A stretch of 64,000 nucleotides of DNA from the human T2T-CHM13v2.0 reference genome, Homo sapiens: the NCBI RefSeq assembly GCF_009914755.1, contig NC_060944.1; one strand, 5' to 3'. The notes under the pieces are model-generated. The model was given only the letters and a program-made list of their open reading frames with translations, searched no databases and was not told the DNA's origin. A program made the position numbers and the translations under genes. Of this stretch, positions 13,398 through 27,129 are shown one piece after another (positions within the stretch are counted from its first letter, which is position 1; the number at the start of each line of letters is the position of its first letter).

Positions 13398-13749
13398 GGC
13401 AGAGTATAACAGTTAAAAAAAAGAAGAGACAATGATGAAGTCTTTAGTGATCTAGAGAATCCATATTCACCCTAAAGACATTTAAATTCAACATGTGAAA
13501 GCAGGTCACTTTGTAGACAAGACACAGGCAGGCACAAGGCTGCCCGTGGAATTCAACTTTGCAATTCCCCAGAAGATGGAGATAGGGAAGGAGCGATGAC
13601 AGCAGAGAGGAGAGGATGTGACACAAGAGAAATGATTCCTGGGCAGATCGTGATTCCTGGATGATCCCTATGGGCTTCATTTCTTGAATTCACACAGATA
13701 CCCTTCTAGTCTTAAGACAGTAGTATGCAGAATTCCACCCACAATATGG

Positions 13750-16130
13750 TATTATTTGGTAGTAATTACATCATCAAATTTTCATTCTCATGCACTATGT
13801 ATGATAGGTTGGGACTAATTCAGTGAAACAAGGACATTTTCTTATGGCCTCCTGTGATATTTCTAAATGAAGGTGGCTGATTTTTCAGCTTACTAAATTC
13901 TAAACAGATAATTGGAATAATACTGATGTTTCTGGGTGCTTTTATTCACAGATTTTCTTCTTCCTTACATTAATTTCTGATTTGGCTTCCAGAGTATGTA
14001 CAGGCCATCGTGCTCCTCTTATCTTTAATTAAGGTCTTTGCCATTTCTCTTCAGCAGAGTCTGAGCAGGTAATGCCAGGGTGCCTGAGGACTCTGTGGGC
14101 ACCTCGGTTAATGTTGGGCCATGCTAGAGTCACAACGTGTGCAAGAGTCACTTATTGGGCCGGACCTTCATCTTGTGTTTAATTATCTTAAACGTTGCAG
14201 GCTCAGCCTTTCTGTTTGCCATGGTCTGTCGGGTATAGAGAATGTTGATGGAGTTTCCTTTAGGTTTCTCCAAAGAGCCAAAAGTTAGACCCTTATGAGG
14301 CTACTGAAGCCAAGGGCTTCGTGGCAGGACTGAGATTCCAGAACTGGATAAAAATTACCCTCTAATCCAGCACTTGCTTTTGCGAATACATCCAGAGGCA
14401 GACAATTAATTGAACCAATTGTTCAGCAACATGGATATTTAGTGGGCGTGAACGCAGAGGATGCTTACAGATGAAAGCTTGGAACTGTTTTCTTGCTCTG
14501 TGTGTTTGGGGACGGGTAGGGGAAGAAACAAATGAGCACAGAAGCCTCCTCCTCCTTGAGTAGGATAAATATGGCTTAGACTAATAAAATACAAGCTGGA
14601 ATGCACCATTTCCTATTCCCCAAACAGGCGTCCTGGCAGTTGAAAGCAAGGAGAGGAAGGAAGTCTTTCATGAGAAAGGAATTGGGGAGTGGAGGCATTG
14701 GGGCTTCACGTGGTAGTTCTCCTGATTACTGACACCCGCCTGCTCCTAACAGCCCATAGAGCTACAGCCACCAACTCCCAAATTTGTCACTGTCACTTCA
14801 CAAGTGCCCGGCATTGTTCAGGAAATTGTGTGTGTAAAGTAGAGCTGCCTGCGCCCAGCTTCGACAAGGGAGCAGCCTTGCGAAGGTGCTTGAAACCGAA
14901 ACAGAGGCTTATGTATCCTATTATGTGCCTGAGCAGGAGTCATAAATAATTGTGACAAGTTTTTTTTCCCATCCCACGTGACAGTCCTTGACTCTGCCTC
15001 CTGTCTCCTCTCCCCTCTGCCTCATAGACTAGACTTGCCAGGCTGAGTGATGATAGATGTTACCAGGCAGCAAATGACAGCTGGATAGATTTTTTAGTTG
15101 GTGCTTTAGAGGGAATCAGATATGCTGTATAAAGCAATAAAAAAAGTACACTCACAAGGTGGGTTAAGAATAGCCAGCACAGCAGTAACCCGCTTTGTTG
15201 TGTATCAAAAGTTAAATCTCACATGGTCTTAGTGATGTGTTAATTTTTCAGACTCCTGTCAGAGTGACGGTGAGGACAGTCACTTTAAAAAAAAATTTAA
15301 GAAAAGGATAAAAGCAATCAACTGTTTTCTTAGTATATTTTGGTTTTTCAAATGAGACAAAAGCGTTCTCTTTTTAAAATCATATCTAAGAAGAGAAATA
15401 GGATTCTGGTGTTTTGCCGTATTGCTGTATTGCTGTATTGCTGTATCCTTCTCAATCTCAAATTTAAAACATAAAATTGGAGATGTGTAAGGTGTGGAAT
15501 TATTCAGCCCCTGTTCAATTAAATAAATTTTTTTTTTAACATTGCTCATCTTCTTCCACACACTGTATTGATCTAGATTCTGTGTAACAAATGGTCTGGT
15601 TTCCCAGCCACCTTGGAAATGTCATGTAGGAGTCAACAAAACTACTTAGTGTATTTTTTATAAAGAATTACAGCCTCCTCTGAATTACTCAGACTTTCAT
15701 CTCGGGCAAGCCGGCTTGGCTACCTCGTGTCTCGATGGATATGCAGAGCTACCAGAACATGATTCAGTGAACTACCCCACTCCCTGGTTCACGGACGTGA
15801 CAGGCTGAGACGTACTTAGTCATCGCATTTCTGTCTTCTCCTGCACTATATGGGAAGTGGCTGCTGTGTAATTTAAGAGTGCTCAGTATATCAGATCACG
15901 ACTCTTTTCCCCCTTGATTTTTCTGATGAATCACGTTAGGAAGGCTGTGGCTTTTACACGGCAGCGTGCAGCATGAGGAGGCAAGGCAGCACAAAATGTT
16001 TATTAAAAAAATATGTCTTTCGGGCTAGGTACCAGGCAAGGGGGGTAATTTGAGTTACGCCTCTATAATTCAAATTTGGGGATAATTCAATACTGGTGTA
16101 GTTACATTTCCAGCCACATCAAGTTGTACA
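13750..16130. promoter_or_regulatory. Repeat-free block, candidate conserved noncoding/enhancer sequence
   Basis: No recognisable TE over >2 kb; caattaattg 14403-14412, ctggaatg, CACGTG E-boxes, retained CpGs; function is inferred. Confidence 0.3.
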
Positions 16131-16297
16131 TGTATTATTGGGTGTTGTTTATTACTTTGGTTGTAGCATTCTCTCCATAGGACAATTTCCATAATGAAAC
16201 CTATTTTCTATGGCTTTATCACTTAACGGGTTCAGTGTTTTTCTTTTTTTCCAGCAGACATGAATTGATGAGATATATGAATGCCCAGAAAATGTCA

Positions 16298-16560
16298 TGA
16301 AATAGTTAAAAGGGTAGGTTTGGAGATCTGCTGTCTAAGTTCAAATCCCAGCTTGTCTTCTTACTCCTTGGGTGACCTTGGGCAAGTAATTTAGCCTCTT
16401 TATGCCTCCAGTCTTTTAACTGGAAAATAGGGATAATGATAATCCCCCCATCATAGGGTTGTTTTCAGGACTCAATGAAATAAATGTGCTTAGTACAATC
16501 CCTACTAATAGGTATTGAATACATATTATTTTAGTTATTATAATCATTATGATTGAGTTG
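16298..16560 (+). mobile_element. MIR
   Basis: gttcaaatcccagc...gtgaccttgggcaagtaatttagcctctttatgcctccagt...aaaatagggataatgata. Confidence 0.88.
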
Positions 16561-17168
16561 TTATAATTATTACTGGGCTAGTTTCCCCCAGGCCACCTAC
16601 ATCTCCTCACTTCAGGTCTTTCCAGACTTGATGACCATATGTTGGATGGGTGGATGGAAAGTTATTTTAGGAATGGAGCCCTCTTTGTGGTTAAATGAAC
16701 AGTAATGTTTTACATTGGTTCAGAGTAGTCTTTGATAAGGATGCATATTCTGTACATCACTGATACTACTTTTTGGACCATTTTCATCTCTTCCTCATTT
16801 GAAAAGAACCTTCAGTGAAATGCTTTATGTGGACATGGCAGGTAGAGTACCTGGATTCATCGATCAGTTCTTTTTCTGTTCTTTCTCTCTTGCTTGCCAT
16901 TCTAGCTACCTAGGTAGACCTTGTTGGCTTATAAACATAAGTCATAGGCAGGTTCTAATATGATTTTAGAAACATTAAAAAAATTGGACTGTGATTCACA
17001 GTAAGGAATACATTTTATATTGTGACCCAGGGTGCACGTGCATGCATAATATATAGACATTTTGCTGAAGCCAGTGCTCCATGAAACATCAATTATCCTT
17101 CCCACATGTGTGATACACTTTGGCATTTTCTATCCTTTTCTATTTCATTTGTTAAAAGTGATGCTTTA

Positions 17169-17404
17169 GGTCAGGCAAGGTGGCTCATGCCTGTAATTCC
17201 AGCATTCTGGGCGGCTGAGGTGGATCACTTGAGCCCAGGAGTTCGAGACCAGCCTGGACAACAAAGTGAGACCCCTGTCTCTAGAAAAAAAAAATAGCTG
17301 GGCAAGGTGGTGCGTGCCTGTGGTCCCAGCTACATGGGAGGCTGAGGCAGGAGGATCACTTGAGCCCTGGGCAAGAGACCAAGACTCTGTCACTTAGAAA
17401 AAGA
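17169..17404 (+). mobile_element. AluJ with internal deletion in the right arm
   Basis: Exact 15-bp TSD aaaagtgatgcttta at 17154-17168 and 17405-17419; right arm jumps cacttgagcc to ctgggcaag. Confidence 0.93.
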
Positions 17405-17421
17405 AAAAGTGATGCTTTAAC

Positions 17422-17746
17422 CAGGGTGAGCAAACTTTTTCTATAAAGAGCCATAGTAGATATTTTCAGCTTTGAGGGCCATGGAGTTCTTGTTGCAGCT
17501 ACTCTACTCTGCTGTTGTAGCCACAGACAAAACACAAAACAATGGGCATGGCTGTGTTTCAGAAGGACTTGACTTACAGACACTGAGGTTTAAATTTCAT
17601 ATAATTTTCTTGTGTCACAAAATATAATTCTTCTTTTGTTATTATTAAACCATTGGAAAGTGGAAAAACCATTCTCAGCTTGCAGGCCACACAACACCAT
17701 GCAGTAGCCAGATTTGCTCGATGGACTGCAGCTTGCTAATCCCTGC
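17422..17746. mobile_element. MER58B (hAT-Charlie)
   Basis: cagggtgagcaaactttttctataaagagcc...gcagcttgctaatccctg. Confidence 0.87.
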
Positions 17747-17951
17747 TTTAGCCCACGAAGCTGATTTTTATGACTTGTACTTGCAACACTCTTCTGGGAC
17801 ATTTCCCAAAGTGACTGCGAAGGGACATCTGTTTAGCAGGGATTCAAATGGGTGCTAATGGAGAGAAAGCATCTCTCTTCAAGTAGGTTAGTGACCCTTC
17901 AGAGTAAATAAAAGGTGCCTACCTCTTAGCAGAAATTCTGTGACTCTTTAA

Positions 17952-18268
<317 letters not shown>

Positions 18269-18704
18269 CAGACCTGATAACTTTCTAAGAAGGGTACAAT
18301 AAGGCATACTCTCTAACTGTGTGACCACAAGACGCTTATTTTTGGAAAATATCTCTGGGTCTTGAGTTCTGAGGAATGCACTCAGTGGAACTCTGTCTCG
18401 AAGCAGAAGTCTGGGGAAGGCCGCCCTGTTTTAGTGACGGCAAGCATTCTGTGTAGACATCACAGTGTTTGCCACTGAGAAAGGTCTTTGGCGATTATTA
18501 GCCTCCCAGTGAAGGAACACATTTTGGGATCTCCTGTGAGCACAACACTGCACAAAATATATGAAAAAAATGATGAGCCCAATCTTATTCCCAGGGAGTT
18601 TATAGGCAAATTTGAACTTGGTTACAGGCAACATGTCAACAAGCACAAACTAACATGGTCTCGTTTAGACTGAAGACCCAGGTGTTGGTGATATCACAGT
18701 AGGT

Positions 18705-18910
18705 GATAATAATGATAATATCTAGAAGCATTTTCTGTTCTCTCATCATCTTTGCATATGTCATGTCATTGATTTTAACAAGAGCTATGTGATTTGGTGG
18801 GGCCAGTGTTTACCAGCCCATTTTACAGGCAGAGATATGAAACAATGGCTTCAAGTCATACTGTTACTGAGGCGCCAAGTTGAGGATGCAGGTCTTCCTT
18901 AGAATTCCTG
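18705..18910 (-). mobile_element. MIR
   Basis: cccattttacaggcagagatatga with typical antisense MIR flanks. Confidence 0.6.
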
Positions 18911-19018
18911 TAGTTTCCTCTAAAAATAGTGGAAATACTTTGAAAAGGAGGAAAATTTGCAGTGGGATCTCGAAAGAGCTCACAGAGATTGATCCTTAAG
19001 AGAATCTGGAGGATGCAG

Positions 19019-19020
<2 letters not shown>

Positions 19021-19054
<34 letters not shown>
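19021..19054 (+). repeat. (GT)17 microsatellite
   Basis: Perfect dinucleotide run. Confidence 0.97.
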
Positions 19055-19055
<1 letters not shown>

Positions 19056-19365
19056 CACACGTGTGAGGTTGATTTTGGAAAAGACACGGGTAGAAATAAG
19101 TCCTATGTAAGAGAAGCAAAGCCTTTTGACAGAAATATCAGTAGTTGCTAATTTAAAAGCAACCAACTAACCAATAAAGTAACCCTTTAACCCCTAACAC
19201 TATTAGAGATTATTCCAAGTTAGAAATCTTGAATTCAACTTTATAGTACCTCCTAGTAGCAATTCTGAATCAGCTTCCTGTTTTGGAACTATGGGAAGCC
19301 CCACTCTAAAACTATTTGAGAAAAAAAAAGTGCTATGCAATCCTTTGGCATTGAGGTTGATATTA

Positions 19366-19733
<368 letters not shown>

Positions 19734-19799
19734 AAAAGACAAATTAAGCAGTGAGTCTCTTTCTGCTTCTGTGTTTTCCCCAAGAGAACTTTCATGGAA

Positions 19800-20260
19800 A
19801 TACTTTTGTTTTGCTTGAAAAAAATACTTTGGCAGCTGTGAAAAAGTTACTGCAGTTCAATAGGATGTAAATAAAAGAGGCCCTGTCAATTCAAGGTTGT
19901 AATTTGACAGTGCACCATTATTTAGACGGAATATTGAAACGAGAGTAAAAATGACTTCAGGTCATGGTACTACTTCCAATTTAAAGAAAATTAAAAACTG
20001 CTTTGAAAAACTGTGCTGCATATTTAAAACTCCTATCTCCTAGTTGCTGGGGGTTAGATGTTCCACACGGCACCTGGAAATCTGTCAATATTAATAGGTA
20101 TGATGATTCTTACTGGCATATGCTTATCATCTACAATTTTGATAACAGCGTTGAGTGAATCCATTGCTGTTTTCTGGCGTTTGCAGTGTACATTGAGGAA
20201 TTAATAATTAGTGAAAGTGTAGCCAACTTCTAGAATTAGCAGTCCACTCAGAGATGCCCA
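19800..20260. promoter_or_regulatory. Candidate enhancer with TGACAG/CTGTCA and TAAT clusters
   Basis: ccctgtcaatt, tttgacagtg, atctgtcaatattaat, gaattaataattag in unique sequence; function is inferred. Confidence 0.3.
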
Positions 20261-20467
20261 GGTGAACAACACGCTGCTTCCCTTTGTCATTCAGGTCCCA
20301 GAGAGATTCCTCCTGACAACTCTATCTACAGCGGCCGCCATCCTCAGTCATTCCTTAGCTTGTTGCTTCATTTTATTTCCTTCTTGTTTATGTGTTCTTT
20401 TACATCCTTACTGTCCATCCCCTCCACAGTGTCAGACCCTTGAGAGGACAACCTGTGCATCTATACC

Positions 20468-21090
20468 CAGGGTCAGCAAACCATGGCCCATGGGCTGTAT
20501 CTGCAAGCTAAGACTGCTCTTCACATTTTTATTTTTTATTTATTTTATTTTTAAATTTATTTCTGAGACAAGTTCTTGCCCTATTGCCCAGGCTGGAGTG
20601 CAGTGGTGTGATGACGGCTTACTGCAGTCTCAACTTCCCAGGCTGAAGCAATGCTCCTGCCTCAGCCTTCGAAGTAGCTGGGACAACAGGCATGCACCAT
20701 CATGCTTGGCTAATTTTTCTTTTTTTTTTTGTAGAAGTGGGGTCTTGTTATGTTGCCCAGGCTGGTCTCAAATTTCTGGCCTCAAGCAATCCTTCTGCCT
20801 TGACTTCCCAAAGTGCTGGGATAATAAGGGTGAGCCACTGCACCCAGTCTACATTTTTAAATGGTTGAAAACAAGCAATATTTCATGACACATGAAAATT
20901 ACAAAATTCAATTTTCAGTGCTCATAGGCAAACTTTATTGGAACACCACCAGAGTTATGTGGTTATGCATTGTCTATGGCTGTTTTTGCACAACATACAT
21001 AGATAGTTGAGTAGTTTCCCAACATGATATGGTCCCAAAAAGCTAAAATATTTAGTACTGTGCCCCTTACAGAAAGTGTTCACTGACCCC
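20468..21090. mobile_element. MER58B split by an AluJ, sitting within an L2 fragment
   Basis: cagggtcagcaaaccatggccc...ccccttacagaaagtgttcactgacccc; L2-like sequence at ~20330-20465 and 21091-21160. Confidence 0.82.
20532..20849 (-). mobile_element. AluJ
   Basis: Diverged antisense dimer; acattttta on both sides. Confidence 0.92.
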
Positions 21091-21479
21091 ACCCTGTGTC
21101 CGGCACAATGCCTGGTAATTCATAGGGGCCCATTAAATGCTATGGATGAACTAATGAGGAGCAGAGCTTGGCAAGAGCTATTTCCAAGTGTCCCTTCCCT
21201 GCTGCCAATAAACAAGAAGGAGGAACAGATGAACCCAAATTAAATACTAACTCCAGGTTCTCAGACAATCACCAAATCTAAGAGGGCAGGTGGAGTCTGC
21301 TCGGAAAATTTGCTTAACATTTCTTTAAAAGAGATGACAAGGTACGGTCTCAGGAATTCATGGTATCTCAGGTTCCAATTTCTAAAAACTGAGTACGTTC
21401 AATTTTCCTTTGGTCTAATATGTTTTCTCTACCCCAGCTCTTCCCCACCTGCTTTTGATGTGTAATCTGACTGAAGACT

Positions 21480-23110
21480 GAACTCTGATTTTTACCACCC
21501 TAAACTCAGCTGACCTCCCTTCCAAAAAATGTCAGCCTCTTAATCCTCTTAATAAAAAGGCCCATGTAACTGGGAGAATACATTTGAAATAGTCCACAGT
21601 ACAAAAAGACGGTCTGAAAATAACAAGGGGAAAAAAATGTACTAAACGCATCTGCACACACACAAAGTTGCCAGGGAAACATGGCAATCCCTTGCAAACT
21701 GCCAGCACCGTCACATTTATAAAGAAATGACAACAACTGACCTTTGTCTCCTCTTTTCCTGCCTGCCTTTTACCAGGAACAGAAGAGCCTTGTGGCTTGA
21801 ATGATGCTTTTGATAGGCAGATTTTCAGATTCTGTGCTGTCTGCCTGGATGAGGGGTCCCGGTTTACAGCTCTGCTGAGAGCTAGAAAATCTTTTATGAC
21901 TGTCACCTCCATTATGACCTAGTCTGTGCAATTGAAAGGTGCATTTTCACATTGGAATTTGGCTTCTATAGTCCTGAGGAGAAAAATGACATATTTTGTT
22001 GCATTATTTAAATATTCCTGCTGAACAACAAATTAAAAATATCCATTAAAGGTTTATTTGATATCTTCCTAATTATTGCCCATTGCGCATTTGACAAATT
22101 ATTTACACATTTTAATAATTGCGACTTTCTTTGGAAGTGACACAAAAACAATTACTTTTTCGAAATTCCACTGTGTATATGCTTTTGAAACTACATAGCC
22201 ATTAAAAACAGTCTGTCGAATTAAAGGTTGGGCAATTAATTAAGTGCAAATTCTGTAAAACTGGACCAAGGAGAAAATTCATCAAACCTATGAAATATGA
22301 CCTATCTTGTCCAAAAGACAAATATGTTTAAACAAAAGATGAAAATTGATGACAAAATTATGGGTAGCAAAATGCACACAGAGCAAATATAAGACAGCTG
22401 TACTTGGTTTCAGAGTGTTGGGTTTACCCTTACAGAATTCATGATTCATTACCTTCACCGTCTTGTAAAACTTTTCCTAGTTAATCTCCAAAGTACTGTA
22501 TCTGGGATAATAAAAGTTCTCAATAAGAGCTTGGAAGGCCATTACATTAATGATTTGCTGGCCTTTGCGGGATCCCAATTAAATGCAACCCAAGTTGAGG
22601 CTGGTAGCCTAAGGGTACGTCTCCCTAGGACAGTTGAAAGCCACTTTGCCCATGTGGCTATTTTCTTTTGTTTCTCTCTTTGTGCCTTCCTTACACCAAT
22701 TTTCAGTGTCGAAAGTTTCTATTTCCCTTTATCTAGAAAGTACTCTGCCATTATTAAGACTTTGGCTCTTACCATGAGCGACAAGCCCTGCGTGGGTTTC
22801 GAGTATATAGCAGGGGACACCAAAAGCCAGAACAGCGGTTCACATGTGTGTATCCATAATGGGCCCTAGACATGTGTATTACAAGTTCTGGATGTTACCC
22901 TTAGGTGCTCAGGTTCACAAATCAACATCAGCCCTGGTGCAAAGTGGGCGGAAGAGGGAGGTGGGTTCGCGGACTGTGGGGATTGTTAAGGATACACGGC
23001 TGTTATTTCCATATTAAAATGTAATGATCTCATTAAAGTTAAAACCACTGTTAAACTTGATTGAGTAAATTACTTAATTAACCATAGCATCCAGTGCATT
23101 CCTCCAGGGT
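21480..23110. promoter_or_regulatory. Repeat-free homeobox-motif-rich block, candidate conserved enhancer cluster
   Basis: ctaattattgcccattgcgcatttgacaaattatttacacattttaataattgcg, gcaattaattaag, tacttaattaacc; function is inferred. Confidence 0.35.
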
Positions 23111-23205
23111 ATACCTCTATTCCTCAAGATGCAGAACAAATGCAGGCTCAGCTTATAGAATGTTATCCAGGGTGGTATGATAACACTCATCTTAGACTGA
23201 CTTAT

Positions 23206-23243
23206 TTCAGAATCTGTTAAAAAATTCAGAATCTGTTAAAAAA
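23206..23243 (+). repeat. 19-bp perfect tandem duplication
   Basis: ttcagaatctgttaaaaaa x2. Confidence 0.9.
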
Positions 23244-23754
23244 ACAATGAAAAGCGAGAAAGTGAGGGTGTTACTCGGTGTTAAAGGAAGATGGGAATAG
23301 CCTACCAATGAAAGCAGATATATTTTATTGTTAGGCTGACATCTCCGAAGATTTTCTTGATTAAAAAGAAAACCACCTGATAAGCAGTTTGTGGAGCGAC
23401 TGCTTTAGCTGGTTCGACAAAGCATTTCCTTTTTCTCGCATATTCTACCTTTCTCTCCTTTTCTTTGCTTGAATATCCAAAGATATCTCCATGGGGTTGG
23501 CAGAAGCTCTTCGAAAGCTTTGTTTGGGGTTGTGTTTGGTTAAGTGACTCTGAATTGGGGTTGCAGTGAGTTTTTGTGGGTGAGTGGGTGGATGGGGGAA
23601 TATTTAGGAAACATCTCCAATTTGCCTGCCCAAAGCCTGCTTTTTGAAATATAAGGGTTTTTTGTTTGTTTGTTTTGAATGACTACCTGTGACACAAGTG
23701 GCCAACCAAACTGTACTTGAAAGAAGTAAGTTGTCCCAATTTCTGGTGTTTCTT

Positions 23755-23890
23755 GGTTTTTGCAAATATAGCATAAGGATAATAATAACTGACTACTTCC
23801 TGAGGTTGTCGTAATGGTTACGTACGTGAATATACGTAAAGTGCTTAGAATAGTGATCTGTTCCCAGGAGGTATTGACTATTATTATTAT
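23755..23890 (+). mobile_element. MIR 3' half
   Basis: ggataataataactgactacttcctgaggttgtcg...gtaaagtgcttagaatagtg. Confidence 0.7.
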
Positions 23891-24624
23891 TCCTAAGCAT
23901 AGGAAAGGGAGGGGGCAGGGATGGAGAATGGTCCAGAAACAATGCAGTCGGAACTCTTGGTCAGCAGATCACCTCCCAGACAAGCTTTTTCTTGGCTGCT
24001 GAGTCCAGTTAAAGAGGCCAGGGATCCCCAGACACTTAGTAGCCAGAAAACCTGGGTTTTGTTTGATTTTTTTTTTTTTTAAAATATGTTTTCCTCTAAC
24101 CCAGTGTGTTGCTTATATCAGAGCCTGGAGTGGAGAACTGTGCTGGGGTAGGGTCTTGCTGTTGCTTGCATAACGTTTGCCATTTAGAAAGATAAGTCTT
24201 GCAAATCCCATCTGCAGAGGGATTAGAACTAAACTTAATAAAGCAGAAGCTGAACACAACTGGAGTAACCTTCTTATGCCTAGTTTAATATGGTGCCTTT
24301 GTAGATAGACATCTTTTAAATATATTTTTATATTTTAGATTTTTTTGGATTAATCCCAAAAGAAGAACTTGAGGGATTTCAAAGAAAACTATTTATTTGG
24401 GAGGTTAGGGCAGGAAACATAGCGAAAGATTGAGAAAGTGGCATAGAGAAGGGAAGAAATCCAGTATATAATTTTAAAACTATATAAACATATAAAATGG
24501 TTTCCAAAAAGGAAACCAGGTCAGGATAATTATTTTCTAAAACTAGTGGTTTAGAATAAAAACCAGATATCAAGATATCTCCTGAATTGATACTCATCAC
24601 AACTCTAAACAAAAATGAACAGTA

Positions 24625-24850
24625 CTTACTGGGCATTTACACTGTGGCATAGAAAAGCCAATTCTAAGCCACTACATAAACTCATTTTAATAACTGTGAG
24701 ATGGATGTAGATGCTTCTATTATATCCGTTGTATAGATGATGAAACAGACACAGAGAGGTTAATAAAATTGCCCAAGCTTACCAAGCTAATAAGGGGTAG
24801 TGTTTGAATTTGAAAGAGTTTGACTTAAAAGCCCATATTCTTACCATTCC
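24625..24850 (-). mobile_element. MIR
   Basis: tatagatgatgaaacagacacagagaggttaataaaattgcccaag...gaatttgaa. Confidence 0.8.
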
Positions 24851-25733
24851 ACTAGTTTCAATTTCACTCTCTAAAAGGGGAAAAATCCTCTTACATTAAT
24901 ATGCCTTGCTTAAAGATGTGACTCAGGAGAAGGCATAAGAGACAAAGAAAGATAGCCAAATAGAAGCTTCCGGCAATCATCTGCCCAAAGGAACACCAAA
25001 TTAAACAACTATCCACACACCTTCATAAGAACCAAACATTAGGTGAGCAATCACAGTACCTGGTTTTAACACCATGTTAAGGAAAGAGGCACCAAAAAGG
25101 GTGGGAAAGACAGTCTTGAATCACCTACACCACTCCTCCTACATCCCGCGGCAGCTGCCCTGGGGTGTGGAGAGAGCATCTGTGCACTTGGGGGAAGAAG
25201 AGTGTGGTGACTGTGGGACTTTGCATTGGAACTCAGTGCTGCCTTGTCACAGTGGAAAGCAATATGGGGCAGAACTCGGCCAGTGTCCACTGAAGGAGCA
25301 TTTAGACCAGCCCTAGTCACAGAGAAATTGCCCATCCTAGTGATTAGACCAAAGTTCAGGCAATCTCCATGACCACAGCAAAATCCTCCAGCATACTAAA
25401 TGAACTTGAAAGGCATTCTAGGCCACAAGGACTGAAATTCCTGGGCAGGTCCTGGTGTTGTGCTTGTCCTGGAGCCAGTGTACTTGAGGTGCATGTGGCC
25501 TACTGAGACACCAGTGGGGGTGGCCAACAGAGTGCTTAATCACCCTTCACCCAACCCCAGGCAGCACAGCTCATGGCTCCAGGAGACTCCTTCCCTCTGA
25601 TTTAGGAGAGGAGAGGGGAAAGTAAAGAGGACTATGTCTTGGCAACTTGTATACCAGCTCAGTCACAGTAGAGTAGGACACTAATCAGAGTCCTGAGACC
25701 CCTATTTCAGGCATCACGACCATCTAGGAAAAC

Positions 25734-26630
25734 ATGACCTTACCAAAGGAGCTAAATAAGGTACCAGTGACCAATCTGGGGAGCAGAATATGTGACCTTT
25801 TCAGACAATTCAAAATAGCTGTTTTAAAAAAGCTCAATGAAACCCAAGATAACACAGTGAATGAATTCAGAATCCTATCATATAAATTTAACAAAGAAAT
25901 TGAAATAACTAAGAAGAATCAAGCAGAAATTCTGGAGCGGGGAAATGCAACTGACATACTGAAGAATGCATCGAAATTTCCAGCAGCAGAACTGATCAAA
26001 CAAAAGAAAGAATTAGTGAGCTTGAAGACAAGCTATTTGCAAATACATAGAGGAGACAAAAGAAAAAGAATAGAAAAGAATAAAGCATGCCCATAAGATC
26101 TAGAAAATAGCCTCAAAAGGGCAAATATAAGAGTTATTGACATTAAAGAGGAGATAAAGAAAGAGATCAGAGTAGAAAATTTATTCATGGGATAATAACA
26201 GAGAACTTCTCCAGTCTAGAGAAAGATATCAATATTCAAGTACAAGAAAGTTATGAAATACCAAGCAGGTTTAACCCAAAGAAGACTACCTCAAGACATT
26301 TAATAATCAAACTCCCAAAGGGCAAGGATAAAGAAAGGATCCTAAAAGCAGCAAGGGAAAAGAAACAAATTACATATGAAGGAGCTCCAATGGTTCTGGC
26401 AACAGAATTTTCAGCGGAAACCTATGGGCTAAGAGACAGTGGCATGACATATTTAAAATGCTGAAGGAAAAAAAAAACTTTAGAATAGTATATCTGGTGA
26501 AAATATCCTTCAAACATGAAGAAGAAATAAAGACTTTCCCAGACAAACAAAAACTGAGGGATTTCATGAACACCAGACCTGTCCTACAAGAAATGCCGAA
26601 GGGAGTTTTTCAGCCAGAAAGAAAATGACA
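25734..26630 (+). pseudogene. Disrupted L1 ORF1p
   Basis: ORF 25734-26096 (FKIAVLKKLNETQDNT..FNKEIEITKKNQAEILE) is the ORF1p coiled coil; frameshifts and stops follow. Confidence 0.85.
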
Positions 26631-27129
26631 TTCATGATCAATAAGAAATTATCTGGAGGCACAAAACTCGTTGGTAATAGTAAATACACAGAACAACAAC
26701 GAATATTAGAACACTGTAATTGTGGTGTGTAAACTACTCATATTTTGAGTAGAAAGACTAAAAGATGAAACTATCACAAATAATAACTACAACAACCTTT
26801 CAAGACATAGGCAGTTTAATAAGATGTAAATAGAAACCACAAAAAGTTAAAAAGCAGGAGTTGAAATTAAAGTGTAGAGTTTTTATTAGTTTTCTTTTTG
26901 TTTGTTTGTTTTGCAGTCAGTATTAAGTTGTCATGAGTTAAAAGTAATGGGTTATAAGATATTTACAAGCCTCATGGTAACCTCAAATCAAAGAATATAC
27001 AACAGATACACAAAAATAAAAAGCAATAAATTAAAGCATGTCACCGGAGAAAATTACCTTCACTAAAATGAAGACAGAAAAGAAGAAAAGATGGAAGAGA
27101 AGACCACAAAACATCCAGAAAGCAAATAA

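Noticed and set aside
20262-20888. 208-aa ORF
   Set aside because: Read-through of L2, MER58 and antisense AluJ (AQAGVQW is a typical Alu translation).
22441-22869. 142-aa ORF in unique sequence with an acceptor-like ttccctttatctag near 22736
   Set aside because: No recognisable protein similarity and no convincing paired donor; a noncoding exon cannot be excluded without RNA data.
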